Source of the DNA: Macrostomum lignano
Lineage: Eukaryota
Assembly (NCBI GenBank): GCA_002269645.1
Contig: NIVC01003693.1
Location: 1 to 64,000, forward strand
DNA length: 64,000 nt
Direction of reading: 5' to 3'
The translations under genes and the position numbers were made by a program. The notes beneath the pieces were generated by a model. It ran no database searches, was not told the origin of the DNA, and worked only from the letters and a program-made list of their open reading frames with translations. Positions 12,501 to 23,808 of this stretch are shown in pieces. The stretch's first letter is position 1. The number at the start of each line of letters is the position of its first letter.

Positions 12501-13710
12501 TTTTGCAAACCGCAGCAACCCCGGGCTTACTCAACGCTACTCCGGTTTAAACTTTCGCCAGCAGCATCAATCTGTGCTTCAACGATGAAGCTGCAGTAGG
12601 CCCTGCGAGCGTTGCCTGCGATGCAGCTCCGCCAAGTGCTGCCCGCCACGGAGCCGTCAGGTGCGCAGGCGAAGCGGTTGCAACCGTCGGTGAAGCGGAA
12701 TCCGTCTTGGTCGCTTCCGACGCCCCTCACGCTGGCGCAGACAGTCGCGGGGGCCGCGTTCGGGCAGGTGCGCGGCTCGAGACGGTTGAAAATCGCTCGG
12801 GCGACATCGCGGCACCGACGCTGGTCGGCGAGCGACTCGGCTCGCGGACAGTCGCGGCTCTGCAGAGTCGAGTAGGACATGAAGTTGCAGCGGTAGCGGC
12901 TGCAGCCGTCGCTGTACTCGAAGTTTCTCGGGATGTCGTCGTCTGAGCAGAAGGTGCTCGGGTGCAGCTCCGGGCACTCCACGTTAGGAGCGACTAACGC
13001 CAGTTGACTGGCGAACAACGTAATGAGAATTTCATTTGATGAATTTTAAAATGAAGCTGCAAAAGTGAACATTCTCATTGTGCTTTTTGCATCAAGTGTG
13101 TGAGATAAGAAAGGCCAACCATTGACTCAAGAAAGCTTTTAAACTGTTTGTATCTATCATGTTTATGTCCGACTGCTTACCCCTCTTCGCTCTCATCAGC
13201 GCTATCCATCACTGCCTCAATCTGGAAGTTGGCTACAAAGCTGCAGTAGGCCCTGCGAGCGTCTCCAGTGGGACAAGACAGTCTGGTGCTGCCCGCCACG
13301 GAGCCGTCGGGTGCGCAGGTGAAGCGGTTGCAACCGTCGGTGAAGCGAAAGCCGCTGCCGTTTCCTCCTCTGACGCCCCTCACGTTGGCGCAGACAGTCG
13401 CGGGCGCCGCGTTCGGGCAGGTGCGCGGCTCGAGACGACTGAAAATCGCTCTGGCGACATCGCGGCACCGACGCTGGTCGGCGAGCGACTCGGCTCGCGG
13501 ACAGTCGCGGCTCTGCAGAGTCGAGTAGGACATGAAGTTGCAGCGGTAGAGGCTGCAGCCGTCCCTGTACTCGAAGTTTCTCGGGATGTCGTCATCCGAG
13601 CAGAAGGTGCTCGGGTGCAGCTCCGGGCACTCCACGTTCGGCTCGTCAGAGGCCATCACGAAAGTCGGCCACAGCAGGATCAGCAGCAGCCAAAGCATTT
13701 TCAGAAGCAT
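9568..13710 (-). CDS. secreted pacifastin-like multi-domain protease-inhibitor precursor 1 (8 Cys-rich domains, ~658 aa); exons 13181-13710, 12531-13007, 11257-11726, 10193-10645, 9568-9613
   Basis: Only the first exon has a signal peptide (MLLKMLWLLLILLWPTFVMA). Each repeat ORF ends on a phase-2 donor (GG|GTAAGC, GA|GTAAGC, GA|GTAAGC, GG|GTGAGA), and each downstream exon has an in-frame phase-2 acceptor (GCCAG|T, TCAAG|A, TTTAG|A, CACAG|G). Domains carry F-x-DGC-N/S-x-x-x-C...T-x-x-x-C. Exon 3 is one base short of a multiple of 3 (1-nt deletion near 11540). The small terminal exon is the least certain part. Confidence 0.78.
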
Positions 13711-14379
13711 GACAGAAGCGATGCTGCCATTTTGTGAATGTTTTTACAGCTTTTATCCCCATTGAACTTCCGCTGCTTGCCTCCCAAATGGTCTGAAAGT
13801 TTTAGAGTTGCGTGCAGCAGTTCGGTTCCAGCTTCATCCGTAATTGCTGTCCAATTATCTCCAAACTTGACGTTATTATCCTGAGAGTTTTTCATTCCCA
13901 GCTCGTATTCTGGTTAGTGCGCGAACTGGATTTAAAAATACTCCGAAGTACTCATTTTTGAGACAAATAACCACCCTGGGTCCAGCGAGGACACGGTGAT
14001 GGGTAGACTGCATCCTGAGCACAAGGACCACTAGGAACACTTCGTTATATAGTCTAGTAGTCCTTGCCTGAGCAACGCGGTTGCGTCCGACACTGTCAAC
14101 TGGCCGGACTTTGTCCGCTCGCTGTCGCCTCCACTGACTTACTAAGAGTGTGTTTTTCTGTTGTTGCTGTAGGGACCCGGACTGATCTACGAGTATATAT
14201 ACTGGGTGTCCTAAAAAAGGTCAAATATTAATCCAATACTGTGCAAAACTGTCTGCTCCTGTTCCCTAGCAACTGCACATGCTGATAGGCAAAATTCATA
14301 AGTTTTGTTTCCTGCAATTCTTATTTCGATTGGCGTTTCCGTTCATGAGCAACAGCATTCCGAACTGGCTGGAATCGCC

Positions 14380-15045
14380 ACTGTAAGAACTCACACATCA
14401 ACAGAAGAGAAAAATCGATAACAGTAGTAGCAGCAGCTCTAAAAACCTTGAAATTAGCAGCATCACAATCGACATCGCTCATTCCTAAACAGCTTCACAA
14501 AAGCGTCCACTTCCAAACTTGTGCAGCGGTGGATACTTCAGCTGCAGTATTGAACGAATTAAGGCATTGCGGATTGCTTTCTTTCCTCATTGTGCGCTGC
14601 GCTGAGTGACAGGACAAAAAATTGGAGTAGCAGTGTTTCTGCCCTCTAGTTAAAAAAATAGGAAAACCATCGCTACCAGTCTCCTAAGATGCGCTCCTGC
14701 TTTTGCTTGTTTCTGACTTCTGAAGTAGCTTGCTACAAATTTTATTTCTCGCTGCTTCATTTCAGAAATTTTATTTCTGTACAGCTGCAGCATCAGTCAA
14801 TGCATGCATAAAAAAATTGCTTCTGCTGCTGCCGCCGCTGCTGCTTCAACTTTCCCTCCACTTCCCAAAGTAAATGCCACAGCAGCGCTTGCCGCAGCTG
14901 CCATTATTTTTTTAGTAATTGGCTCAGCCAGGGACTCCTTAAAAAGCATCACTGGACGGGAAGCTCCCAACACGCATGTACCCTAGTGTGGCAACCATTC
15001 CCAGCTACTGCGGGAGTATCAAGGGGAATTTTATCTCTCAGGAGA
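14380..15045 (-). pseudogene. copy of a locally dispersed decayed coding-like repeat (relatives at 22660-22830 inverted, 29540-29938 + 31254-31950, 22880-23520)
   Basis: Shared nucleotide blocks and a conserved minus-strand peptide AEPxTKKIMxAAASAAVAFTxGSGGKxEAAAAA, with stops and frameshifts. Family not recognised. Confidence 0.45.
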
Positions 15046-15522
15046 TTTCTTTCGAGAGTCTTAAGCACCAACGGCATACAAAAGCGATTCGTTCGGAGAC
15101 ATTGCTGCTACTAATTAAAAGAGTTTGTTCTTTATAATGAGATTATGTGGCAACAGTGAAGAAAATATTGAATTAGGGTCAGGCTTCGAGCACACTTCTT
15201 TAAGAATAATTACAGAACTCATGCGTAAACTAAGTCAAAATGTAGTTCTAGATATATTCATCAACTTGAAACATTTGTAGCTTTAAAAATGGTTCATCTA
15301 TCCGTAGAAGAGAGGCCGGACAGCTTAGAGATCTTTGGCTTCCTCCCGCTTTCACGATTGGAGAGCTGCTTGGCCAGGTTTTTCATCATGCCGTTGCAGA
15401 AAGCCTTTGCCAAGCCCATCTTCACAGCGTGGCCGTGCGTGCAAATCACCAGCTGCATAAAGGACTCCAGAAAGAACTCATCGACGGCCATCTCATTCAC
15501 GAGGCCACAGAAGACCTGCTGC

Positions 15523-16644
15523 TTCTTCTTCTTCTTCGGGGCGCCTCCGTTCCGGCTAGGCCGATCTGGAGGGGGGCGTGGACCCCGAGGGGAGCCGCCC
15601 CATGCTGCGTAGTAGTCTGACGATGGCCTCCGGGGACCCCATCAGGTCGCTCGGGGCCAGGCCGCTTCTGCTCCGGAAGTGGTCACCGCGGGGGTAGTGG
15701 AGGAGCAGATGCTCAGCCGAGTCCTCCGCGCCGCAATCGGGGCAGGTGGGGGACTGTTCCAAGCCCAGGCGGTGTCTGGTGCTAAAGTTGATGGTGCTGG
15801 CGCCGGACCGGAGCTGGTTGACCAGGACCTGGAGACGTCTGGGGAGGCTGGTCGGCGGCTGCAGTCTCGGCGGCAGGACTCTGGCGTCCAGCATTCTGCG
15901 AGAGCGACGAGCGGCTGCCCTTGCCGCGTCAAGCTCGATCGGCACCGCCTGTTGGTCGAGCCCGGCCGCGTTGGCGGCGGCGCGGTCGGCCGCCTCGTTG
16001 CCGGCACCCAAGTGGGATGGCACCCAAGCGAAGTGAACAGGGCGGTCCATGGCGATCAGGTTGAGGAGTTTACTCCAGCAGTCCGCGGCAACTGAGTTTT
16101 GCTGGCACAGGGGTCCGGCGCTGAGCGCCTGGATGGCGCTAAGGCTCCGTGGCGATAGTTATGGCGCCCGTGGGCGGCGCCGGGTGGTGGGCGATGTCTA
16201 AGGCCTCCCTGATGGCGCAGAGTTCTGTGGTAAAGCTGCTGCAGAGCGCGCCAGCCGCGACGAGGCGGGCGTCGTCGTCCGGTAGCCACTGGGCGATCGC
16301 CGCACCGCCTCCGTTCGTGAAACCGCCAGCCGCGGATCCGTCCGTCCAGATGACGTGTCCGGAGGTCTCCAGTGGGCCGACGATTTGCCTGGCGATGTTG
16401 GCTTTCATGGCCGCCGGCATGTCGCGGCTGATAACCTTGCTGAGCGAGACATCGAACTGGACGCGGCCGGCCTCGGCCACTTCCCACGGTGGGGGACCGA
16501 GGGGTCGGTGGGCCCGGGGCGTCCTGTCCAATACCTCGCAACATTCCAGCTCCCGCGCCGCGCGCCTCCAGCAGCCGCGGAATTGACGACGGGCGTCGAG
16601 TTCCCTGTCCGGCAGGCGCTGATTGACCCCCTCGGCCTGGAGAC
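15523..16644 (-). mobile_element. 5'-truncated I-group (Ingi/Nimb-like) LINE, RNase H + C-terminal CCHC, (GAA)n tail
   Basis: IWTDGSA..GGGA..ELCAI (ORF 16139-16825), HFAWVPSHLGAGNEAADRAA and CPDCGAEDSAEHLLLH (ORF 15556-16050). (TTC)5 at 15523-15537; flanked by CTGCTG repeats. Confidence 0.88.
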
Positions 16645-16663
16645 CTGCTGCTGCTGCTGCTGC

Positions 16664-16739
<76 letters not shown>
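16645..16739. repeat. compound microsatellite (CTG)7-(GC)n-(GT)~30 forming the tail and target of the adjacent LINE
   Basis: Read directly. Confidence 0.95.
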
Positions 16740-16740
<1 letters not shown>

Positions 16741-19700
16741 TGGGAAGCGCCCAAGCACAGCTAAAGGCAGTGCTTGGCCAGCGCAACCAGGCCGAGGGGG
16801 TCGGCAGAGATGCTGCTGAGTTCAATGGTGTGTCCTCCGAGGAAGCGGAGCCTGGCGCCGGCTAGAGCAGGGCAGTCCAGCCAGTGCTCCAGGTCGTCGC
16901 ATTGGTGGCCGCAGCGGACGCACGTAGGGTCGACCGACGGGTCGATGACGCTGCGGTAGGCGCGGAAAAGGAGACGGTGGCCCGAGCGGATGCGGGCGAG
17001 GAGCACGGCGTCGGCGCGGTCAGTGACGAGGCCATCTTCCAGTTGGCGGTTGAGCTGGCTGTAAGTATGACGGGTTCGGTCGTGGCTGATCGGCGGGTCT
17101 TGTAAGGTACGGAAGATGGCGTTTTTGGCGCTGCGCAGGCTGATAGGGCAAGGGGGGAGGTCCAGCGAGGTGGCCTCCTTGGCGGCGAGGTCGGCGAGCT
17201 TGTTGCCGGGGATGCTTTGGTGTCCAGGGACCCATTGCCAGGAGATGTCGACAGTAGGGGAAGAAAGCTGGGCTCTGATAGCGGGGCTGCCGGTGGTGAG
17301 CGCGCGGAGGAGGGCCTGGCTGTCCGTGCAGATGCAGATGACACTCGTGATGACGGATTGATTGATCCAGCTGATGGCGAAAGCAGCGGCACGGACCTCC
17401 TCCTCAAAGGAAGAAGTGGAAGGGGCGCCGCGTTGACGGATAGTGTCCAGGACGGTCGGGTTCTCGGGGTCGCCGACGGTGATGACCGTCACGGAACCGT
17501 CGGTCCAGATCGTGTTGGACTCGCAGAGAGTCGCGATGATGTCGGTCGCGTGGTGGGCTCTGATGTCTGGCGGCATGTCGCGGTGGGTCCTGAGGCTGGC
17601 TCGAAGCAGAGTTGCCACCCCGGCGAATTTTAATCGCTGGGCGATTTTAAATAGCTGAGCGATTTTTTGTCATATTTGGCATCCAGGTTGGTTGACGGCG
17701 GGCGTGGCATCCGGGCTGTTGCGGGTTTGGCGCTGCAGGGCTTCGTAACTGCGGTTCTTGAGGCGTGGTCGTTTGACACGTTCGGCAATTTCGCGAGCCG
17801 GGGTGCCCTCCGGGAGGCGCAGGAGGCGTTCTCGGAGATTACACGCGCGTTCGACAGCGACGTGGCTGATAGGTGGGAGTCCGGCGGTAGATAGCAGTTC
17901 CTTGGCCTCGGTGGGGCGGATACATCCAGTGAGGAGGCGGGCGCAGGCATTTTGTTGGCGTTCAACTGCTAGTCGGGTGCTGGGTGCTGATCCGCACATC
18001 TAGATGCCGCTGCCATAGTCGGCGATGGCGCGGATGGTGGCGGTGTACACCGTGCGGAGGATGTCCTGCGTGGCGCTACTTGACTGGTGGGCGATCGCTT
18101 GGAGGGGGCGACGTCGGGCCGCCATGCGTCTGCAGACTTCTTTAGCGTGCTTGGTGAAGGTGAGCTGGTCGTCCATTTTGATGCCGAGGAAGGTCGGGTT
18201 AGGGTCGAATTGCAGAGGTTCGCCTTTAAGGGTCAGCTGGAGCGGAATCTTGCCTCGCGTCTCGCTTGGGCTCAAGGAGAAGGTGGTGTAGCTGCATTTG
18301 CTGGTACTGAGCTCCATGTGCCAGTTCTCGCACCAGGTGGCCAGAGCCTCGTTCGCAGGCTGGAGGATGGCTTCGCAGTCCTTCAGACTGGGCGCCGTGG
18401 CGAGGATGGCGCTGTCGTCAGCGTAGAGGCTGACTTTGGATCGCGGAGAGGCTTGGAGGATGTCGCTTGCCAGGTCGTCAATGTAGACCAGCCAGAGGAG
18501 GGGAGCCAGGACAGAGCCTTGTGGCAAGCCCTCTTTGAAAATGCGCTCGCGAGAAAGGCAGTTGTTGACACGAACGCGGGCTCGGCGGTCGCTGATGAAG
18601 CTGTTCGTCCAGCGGAGTGCGCAGGGTGTAATGCATTTCAGGCTGAGCTTGTAGATGTTACCCTTCCTCCAGACCTTGTCATAGGCTCGGGACATGTCAT
18701 AGACCCCCAGGGCGCTGCGCTGGGGTGGTAGCTCTTCAAGGCCGTCGAAAATGTCTTGCGTGATGCGCGCAATCTGTTCTTCACACGACCGACCGCTGCG
18801 GAAACCGGCCTGGACGTTGCTGAGGCGGCCGCGCTTTTCAAGGTGGTGCCTGAGGCGCTTCTGTACCAGTCTTTCGGCGACCTTGGCGATGCAGCTGGTG
18901 AGGGCGATGGGCCTGAAGCTGCTCGGGTCGGAGGCCGGTTTGCCGCGCTTGGGTATTGGGATGATAATGGCCCGTTTCCACTGGTGCGGGCAGCAACCGG
19001 AGAGCCACGACTTGTTGATGAGGTCGAGGAGGCGGCTTTCAGTGCACGGCGGGAGGTGTTTCAGCATCTCGTTGCTGACACCATCTGCGCCGGGGCTTTT
19101 CCCAGATTTGAGCGCGCGCAGAGCACTCTGCAGTTCGCTGCCGCTGAACGGGCTGCAAAGGCCGGATTTCTGATTGCCAGGGCAGCAGATCTGTTTCATC
19201 GCCTTGTGGGCGAGCCGGGCAATGGGGCGGTCCTCCTTGCGTCGGTGATTGCGAGAAACTTCGGCGTAGATGTTGCAGAAGAGATTGGCTTTTTCGCTCG
19301 GAGTGGTAGCCGTTCGCTGGCGTGATCCAGGTTTGGCAGAGGTGCTCAGGGCCGCGTTGGCGGGGGGAGGCGGCGGCTCTCCTCGGAGCGAGCGGGCGAG
19401 GGCAAAGAGGTCGCTGTTTAGGTTGAGTTCGCCGATCTTTTGTTGCCAGTGCTGTTGTTTGGCGGAGTTGATGGTGTCGGCCGCGGTCTTGCGGGCGCGG
19501 TGGAAGGCGTTGATGTCGTGTTCGGACTTGCTCTGCTCAGCGGTGCGTCGCGCACGGTTGCGTTCGTCGCAGGCGTGTTGGCAGGCGTCCGTCCAGAACG
19601 GCTTGCAAGGCCGGTTCCGAGCGCCACGGGGGATGTTCGCCGAGGCGGCTTCCAGGATGGCCCTGCAGAGGCGGTCGTGGTCGGCGTCGCAGGTGGACCG

Positions 19701-21368
19701 GTTGCTGAGTTTGAGACGCTTGTCGGCCACGGTCAGGTGTTCTTGGAACTGGGCCCAGTCGGCCTTCTTGTAGCTCCACTTTGCGGCGCCTCGTCGACGC
19801 TCGCTGGGGCCCGGACGGTCAATGCTGAACAGGATCGGAAGGTGGTCGCTGCCGATGTCGCCAAGGGTGGTCCAGCTGGCGCTGGCGATGGCCGCGATGT
19901 TACCGGTGCACCAGGTGAGGTCCGGGGTAGAGCGTCCACCGGTGGCCGGGTTGGTGCGCGTGTGGTCTTCGGTGCTGTTGCAAAGGTGGAGGCCTTTTTG
20001 TTGTGCCCACTCTTCTATGCTTGCGCCACGATCGTCTTCCGGTTGGTGGATGTCCCACCCGCCGTGGCCGTTAAAGTCGCCAGCGATGACGGTACTGCTA
20101 AGAGTGGGGAGGCTGTACCAGTCGGGAAACCAAGCTTCATCGGGCCTCTGGCAGCTGTTTGGTGGCGCGTAGACGCTGACGAGGGTGACGGGTCTACGGC
20201 CTGGCGGGCAGATGGTGATGGCGGCTGCATCGAGGGGCTCCGGGCAGTGGCAGGTGACTTGGTGAAACGGCAGGTCGTCGCGGACAAGGATCAGGCAGCC
20301 GCCTCGGCCGGTAGGGCGGGAAATGTTCTTTTTTTGGTTTTTTTGATAACGCCTTCGCGTCCGGTGGCTGTCTCCTGATCAGTGGTGATGCTGGAAGCCT
20401 GTTGCGTCGCGGGGCGCTGTTGTTGTGGTCTCTGGCAGCACGGGCCTCTGAAATTGGTTCTGTACTCCTTGGTGCTTTTAAGGGCAGCGCATTGAAGATG
20501 GAGCCATGAGTGACAGGCACTGCATTGGACGCAGGCACGGCTTCTTGGGATATTCCGGTTGCAGATTGGGCAGATCCAGCGTCCGGTGGCTGTCGGAGCG
20601 AGATGGTCTCTGGGCGTGGGATCGGCTCCGCCGGAGTTGTTGGACTCGGCCGGGCTGGTGTCCACCGATGCTGCGTGAGGGCGGGCGTCCAGGGGGGAGT
20701 CGCGGTTGCTGCATGCTATGCGTCCGCTGCGGCAGCCTGGGCACCAGGATGCGCGTTCCAGCGGCCAGCGTAGACGGCAGCGGGGCCGTTGGACGGTGCG
20801 CGACGTTCCCCGCGCTTGGATGGTCGGTGGGCGGGGCTGCGGGTCAGGGGCTGCGGTCAGCTCCGTGGTGTCCGCGGCGATGTCCGTTTTGCAGACCCCG
20901 TCTTTTCGTGCCGCGACGCAGGATCCAGGGGGCGGGATGAAGTTGGCCCCTGGGAGGAGCTTCGTCTCCTGGAGGAGGGCAGCGCAGGGGCGCAGGCGGT
21001 TAAGACGGTTGACCAGCTCCGTGCGGCGAGCCTGCAACCCATTGCAGTTGAGTTGCAGGACGTGGAGCTCTTGGCCTCGCTTAGCGCTGCGCGTGTGCTG
21101 CCTTCTGCTGCGATGGCCGGGGGCTGACGATCCGCCCCGGAGGCGGCGGATGGAAAAGATGTCCGGTTGATCGGCACTGGGTTTTTCGGCCTGATGGTAA
21201 TCGGCGTAGCATCCCTGTTGGTTGCGACACTTCGTCGCCTCCGTGGGGTGGTGGTTGGAGGCGTTCGGGGGCCCCGCGTGAAGGGGGTCGCATGCCATGG
21301 GTTGGTGTTGGCCAACCCACTCCGCGCTGTCTGGCGACTCGTTCAGAGAGTAGCCGTTAGTGCGAACC

Positions 21369-21370
<2 letters not shown>
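16740..21370 (-). mobile_element. near full-length I-group (Ingi/Nimb-like) LINE: AP endonuclease, PHD finger, RT, RNase H; several frameshifts; (CA)n tail
   Basis: LQLNCNGL/QETKL (~21075-20950); PHD WICPIC..CVQCSACHSWLHLQC (~20580-20500); GRGGCLILVR, SVYAPP, AGDFNGH, TPDLTW, GSDHLPI (20320-19830); RT (18000-19730: AGFRSGRSC, GLPQGSVLAP, YADD); RNase H (16761-17618: WTDGS, TDSQA, QWVPGH). Confidence 0.92.
18000..19730 (-). CDS. reverse transcriptase portion of the LINE ORF
   Basis: SFRPIALTSCIAKVAERL, QAGFRSGRS, YDMSRAYDKVW, GLPQGSVLAPLLW, YADD, PTFLGIKMD. Confidence 0.9.
   Translation of the reverse strand: MADKRLKLSNRSTCDADHDRLCRAILEAASANIPRGARNRPCKPFWTDACQHACDERNRARRTAEQSKSEHDINAFHRARKTAADTINSAKQQHWQQKIGELNLNSDLFALARSLRGEPPPPPANAALSTSAKPGSRQRTATTPSEKANLFCNIYAEVSRNHRRKEDRPIARLAHKAMKQICCPGNQKSGLCSPFSGSELQSALRALKSGKSPGADGVSNEMLKHLPPCTESRLLDLINKSWLSGCCPHQWKRAIIIPIPKRGKPASDPSSFRPIALTSCIAKVAERLVQKRLRHHLEKRGRLSNVQAGFRSGRSCEEQIARITQDIFDGLEELPPQRSALGVYDMSRAYDKVWRKGNIYKLSLKCITPCALRWTNSFISDRRARVRVNNCLSRERIFKEGLPQGSVLAPLLWLVYIDDLASDILQASPRSKVSLYADDSAILATAPSLKDCEAILQPANEALATWCENWHMELSTSKCSYTTFSLSPSETRGKIPLQLTLKGEPLQFDPNPTFLGIKMDDQLTFTKHAKEVCRRMAARRRPLQAIAHQSSSATQDILRTVYTATIRAIADYGSGI

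Positions 21371-21424
<54 letters not shown>
21371..21424. repeat. (CTG/CAG)18 microsatellite at the LINE 5' junction
   Basis: Read directly. Confidence 0.95.
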
Positions 21425-21425
<1 letters not shown>

Positions 21426-23808
21426 ACGGTCAGGAATGCCTTGAGCAGCGAGTCCTTCCGTCTAATCTCTTCAAAGATTTTCCAGCAATGCATTGAAAGT
21501 GCGAAAGCTAGTTCTGTTGGCTGGCACAGACCTCCTCGGTTGATCTGATCAAAGAATGATGATGCTTCAGCCGGAACCCAATCAAGATCCAACGATGGCA
21601 CCTCTTCCTGTTCAAGTAGTAGCTGTCTGCAGGAGTCGCACTTTCGGTTCTGCACTAACTTACGAGCAACTGCGGGGTGACATAGAAGATTGCAGTCGGG
21701 TCTTCTGGCCCGAGGATGGCTGTCCATCTCCAGCTGCACAGCCAGAATGCTAACAGATTCCCGAATAGAGCCAGAGTCGGAGGGCACCTCGATGACACCA
21801 TGTCGATTTTCTTCAAGGAAAAGTCCGATTACTTCAGCAGGCTTACGACAGCAATTTTTCTGCTGTTTTCCTTCACCTGTCGCGCGGAAATGAAGAAATT
21901 TGCCCCGGACATTTGCCGAAGCCAACCGAATCGGCTCTCAATGCAGTCGGACTGAATCGCTCCAAGAAGCACATAGGAGAAGCCTTCATGGTGCAGCAAA
22001 TGCCTTGCACAGCAGGCCAGGGCACGGAACGTCATGCGGCAGGCAAAGAAGGTCTCCTTGGACATGCCAGGATTGCCTGACTCCTCCCAGCTGTCAAGAA
22101 AGTCAGCGAACTCCTCCAGAAATTGCAGCTTCCAGTCAAGCGATGAACGAACAGGATCCTGACTGATGCCCCGCTTGCATTTTCTCTTGTACGGCGACTT
22201 GACATTGAGGACATGCCAGAGCTTCAGCACCAAGGCGAAGGCTTCCTTGCGCTGAGAGCTTCAAAGCTGTCACAGATGGAGAAGGTCGTGACCCGGGTCA
22301 TCGATGAGATCTAAATCGCAAGTAGGATTGAATCGGTGCCACCATTCACGGACGAAGCAACAGGAGTCAGGACAGCCTGTGTTTCCTGCTATTCGATCCG
22401 TCAATGCAGAATTGCATCCGTCAACTTAAAAACATCAAAAACTTTCACAGCCGAGGAGTCTTCCATCTCCCTCCCTCCACGGCTCTTGTACTCGTAACTG
22501 TAATGATTCTTAAACTAGTTTGTTCAGAGCCTGGCCCTAAATCAATTTTTTTTCTCTATTAGTGCCATATATTCTCATCATAAAGCCGAAATAATTATGC
22601 TAGTAGCACAAATGTCTCCAAAATAATCGCTTTTGTATGCTGTTGGAGTGCAAGACTTTCGTAATAGCTCTCTGAGAGATAAAATGCCCCTTGTTAATCA
22701 CACAGCAGCTGGGAATGGCTGCCACACTAAGGTACGAGTAAATGCGTGTGGGGAGCTTCCAGTCGAGTGATGCTATTTTAAGAGTCCCTGCCTATCCCCA
22801 GTGCCGCAACTTCAACTCAAGAGAACTAGTTTATTTAGCTTAGTAAACACCACTTGCCGCCTTGCCACACTAGCGTAAAATGGGGGGAGAGTGTTTTATT
22901 CTAGCTTCCAGTCCAGTAGTGCTAGCTATAGAAGTCCCTGGCTCATGTCATTCCGATCCAATTTTCTATCGATTGATCATCGGCTTTGACTCTATCGATT
23001 CTGAGTTAGTCGTCACTCCTAGTGATTCACTCCTAATGATGTACAAAATTTATGTGAGAAGAAGCGTTGGGTACAGACTTGTGACTGAGTCCCAATATTG
23101 GACAGAGCAGAAGGCTGTGTGCGACTCAGACTGAGATCTGTCGATGATGGCTGATCTGATTGATGAGGCAAAGAGGCAGCACATTTGAACCTTGGGCAAG
23201 TGACTATCCGCAGGTGGGAGGCGAGCAAGCACCATAGGCAGCAAGGATCCTGCAGGAGGCTGGCACTGGCTGCCGCTGTTGATCCGAGTTTGTGTCAGAG
23301 CACAGCCAAATAATAATGGCGGAGTTCAGTCAAAAATAATTTAACGCAAAAACAACGATGAGTTTTTTCAGATGCAGCCATCTTTCGGACTATATTTGAT
23401 TTGACTCAAATTTTTCATGAGGTGGTATTACTTTAATTACAGCAGCTTATTTGTTTAGAATTATTCTGAGAAATACAGCAAGTACTCATCAAGTACTCGT
23501 ATTAAAATCCGTGTGTGCAATCCACGGCATGTGCGACTCCATTATCTCCGCTATCCATGTCTATCCATCTCGTTGGTTTGTCTAGCAGAGTTACGCTACT
23601 AATTATCACCGCTCATTAACACTGGGGGAATAGACGAGGCGCACAGGCAAAGTGGATTACATTTTTATTCACAGGGAAGTTGCCTTGATAAGTAATTTCT
23701 ATTAAGATTTTTTCACGAAGATTTCTCTGTTTAATTAAGTTCTTTTTAAGATATTTAAGTGTTCTAGGTAAAATTACTTCACTCTAGTGAGAGTCTCCAG
23801 CATGATCA

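Larger units (their letters stand above)
15294..22320 (-). mobile_element. P-element/THAP9-like transposase remnant (21425-22320 plus 15294-15522) split by nested LINEs
   Basis: ORF 21829-22233 has YVLLGAIQSDCIESRFGWLRQMSGANF, typical of P-like transposase C-terminal regions. The reading frame ...LLKAFLTVQQ resumes as QQVFCGLVNEMAVDE on the far side of the 5.9-kb insertion. Confidence 0.75.

Noticed and set aside
13005-13035. Apparent frameshifted signal peptide (MKF-LITLFASQLALVA) ahead of the second inhibitor repeat, suggesting a separate pseudogene
   Set aside because: A phase-2 acceptor at 13008/13007 explains the frame without any indel and matches the donor of the upstream exon.
14261-14273. 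RFX X-box-like GTTCCCTAGCAAC upstream of the inhibitor gene, and TAGCAAC half-sites at both window ends
   Set aside because: Short motifs expected by chance; no conservation or functional evidence available.
21200-21370. Possible HDV-like ribozyme at the 5' end of the Ingi-like LINE (CCC-TTCACGC-GGG resembles P3/L3)
   Set aside because: No P1 3' strand or GG directly follows P3, and no convincing P2 was found.
20291-21925. 544-aa polyQ-containing ORF as a single gene
   Set aside because: Chance in-frame fusion of transposase remnant, (CAG)18 target and LINE 5' region.
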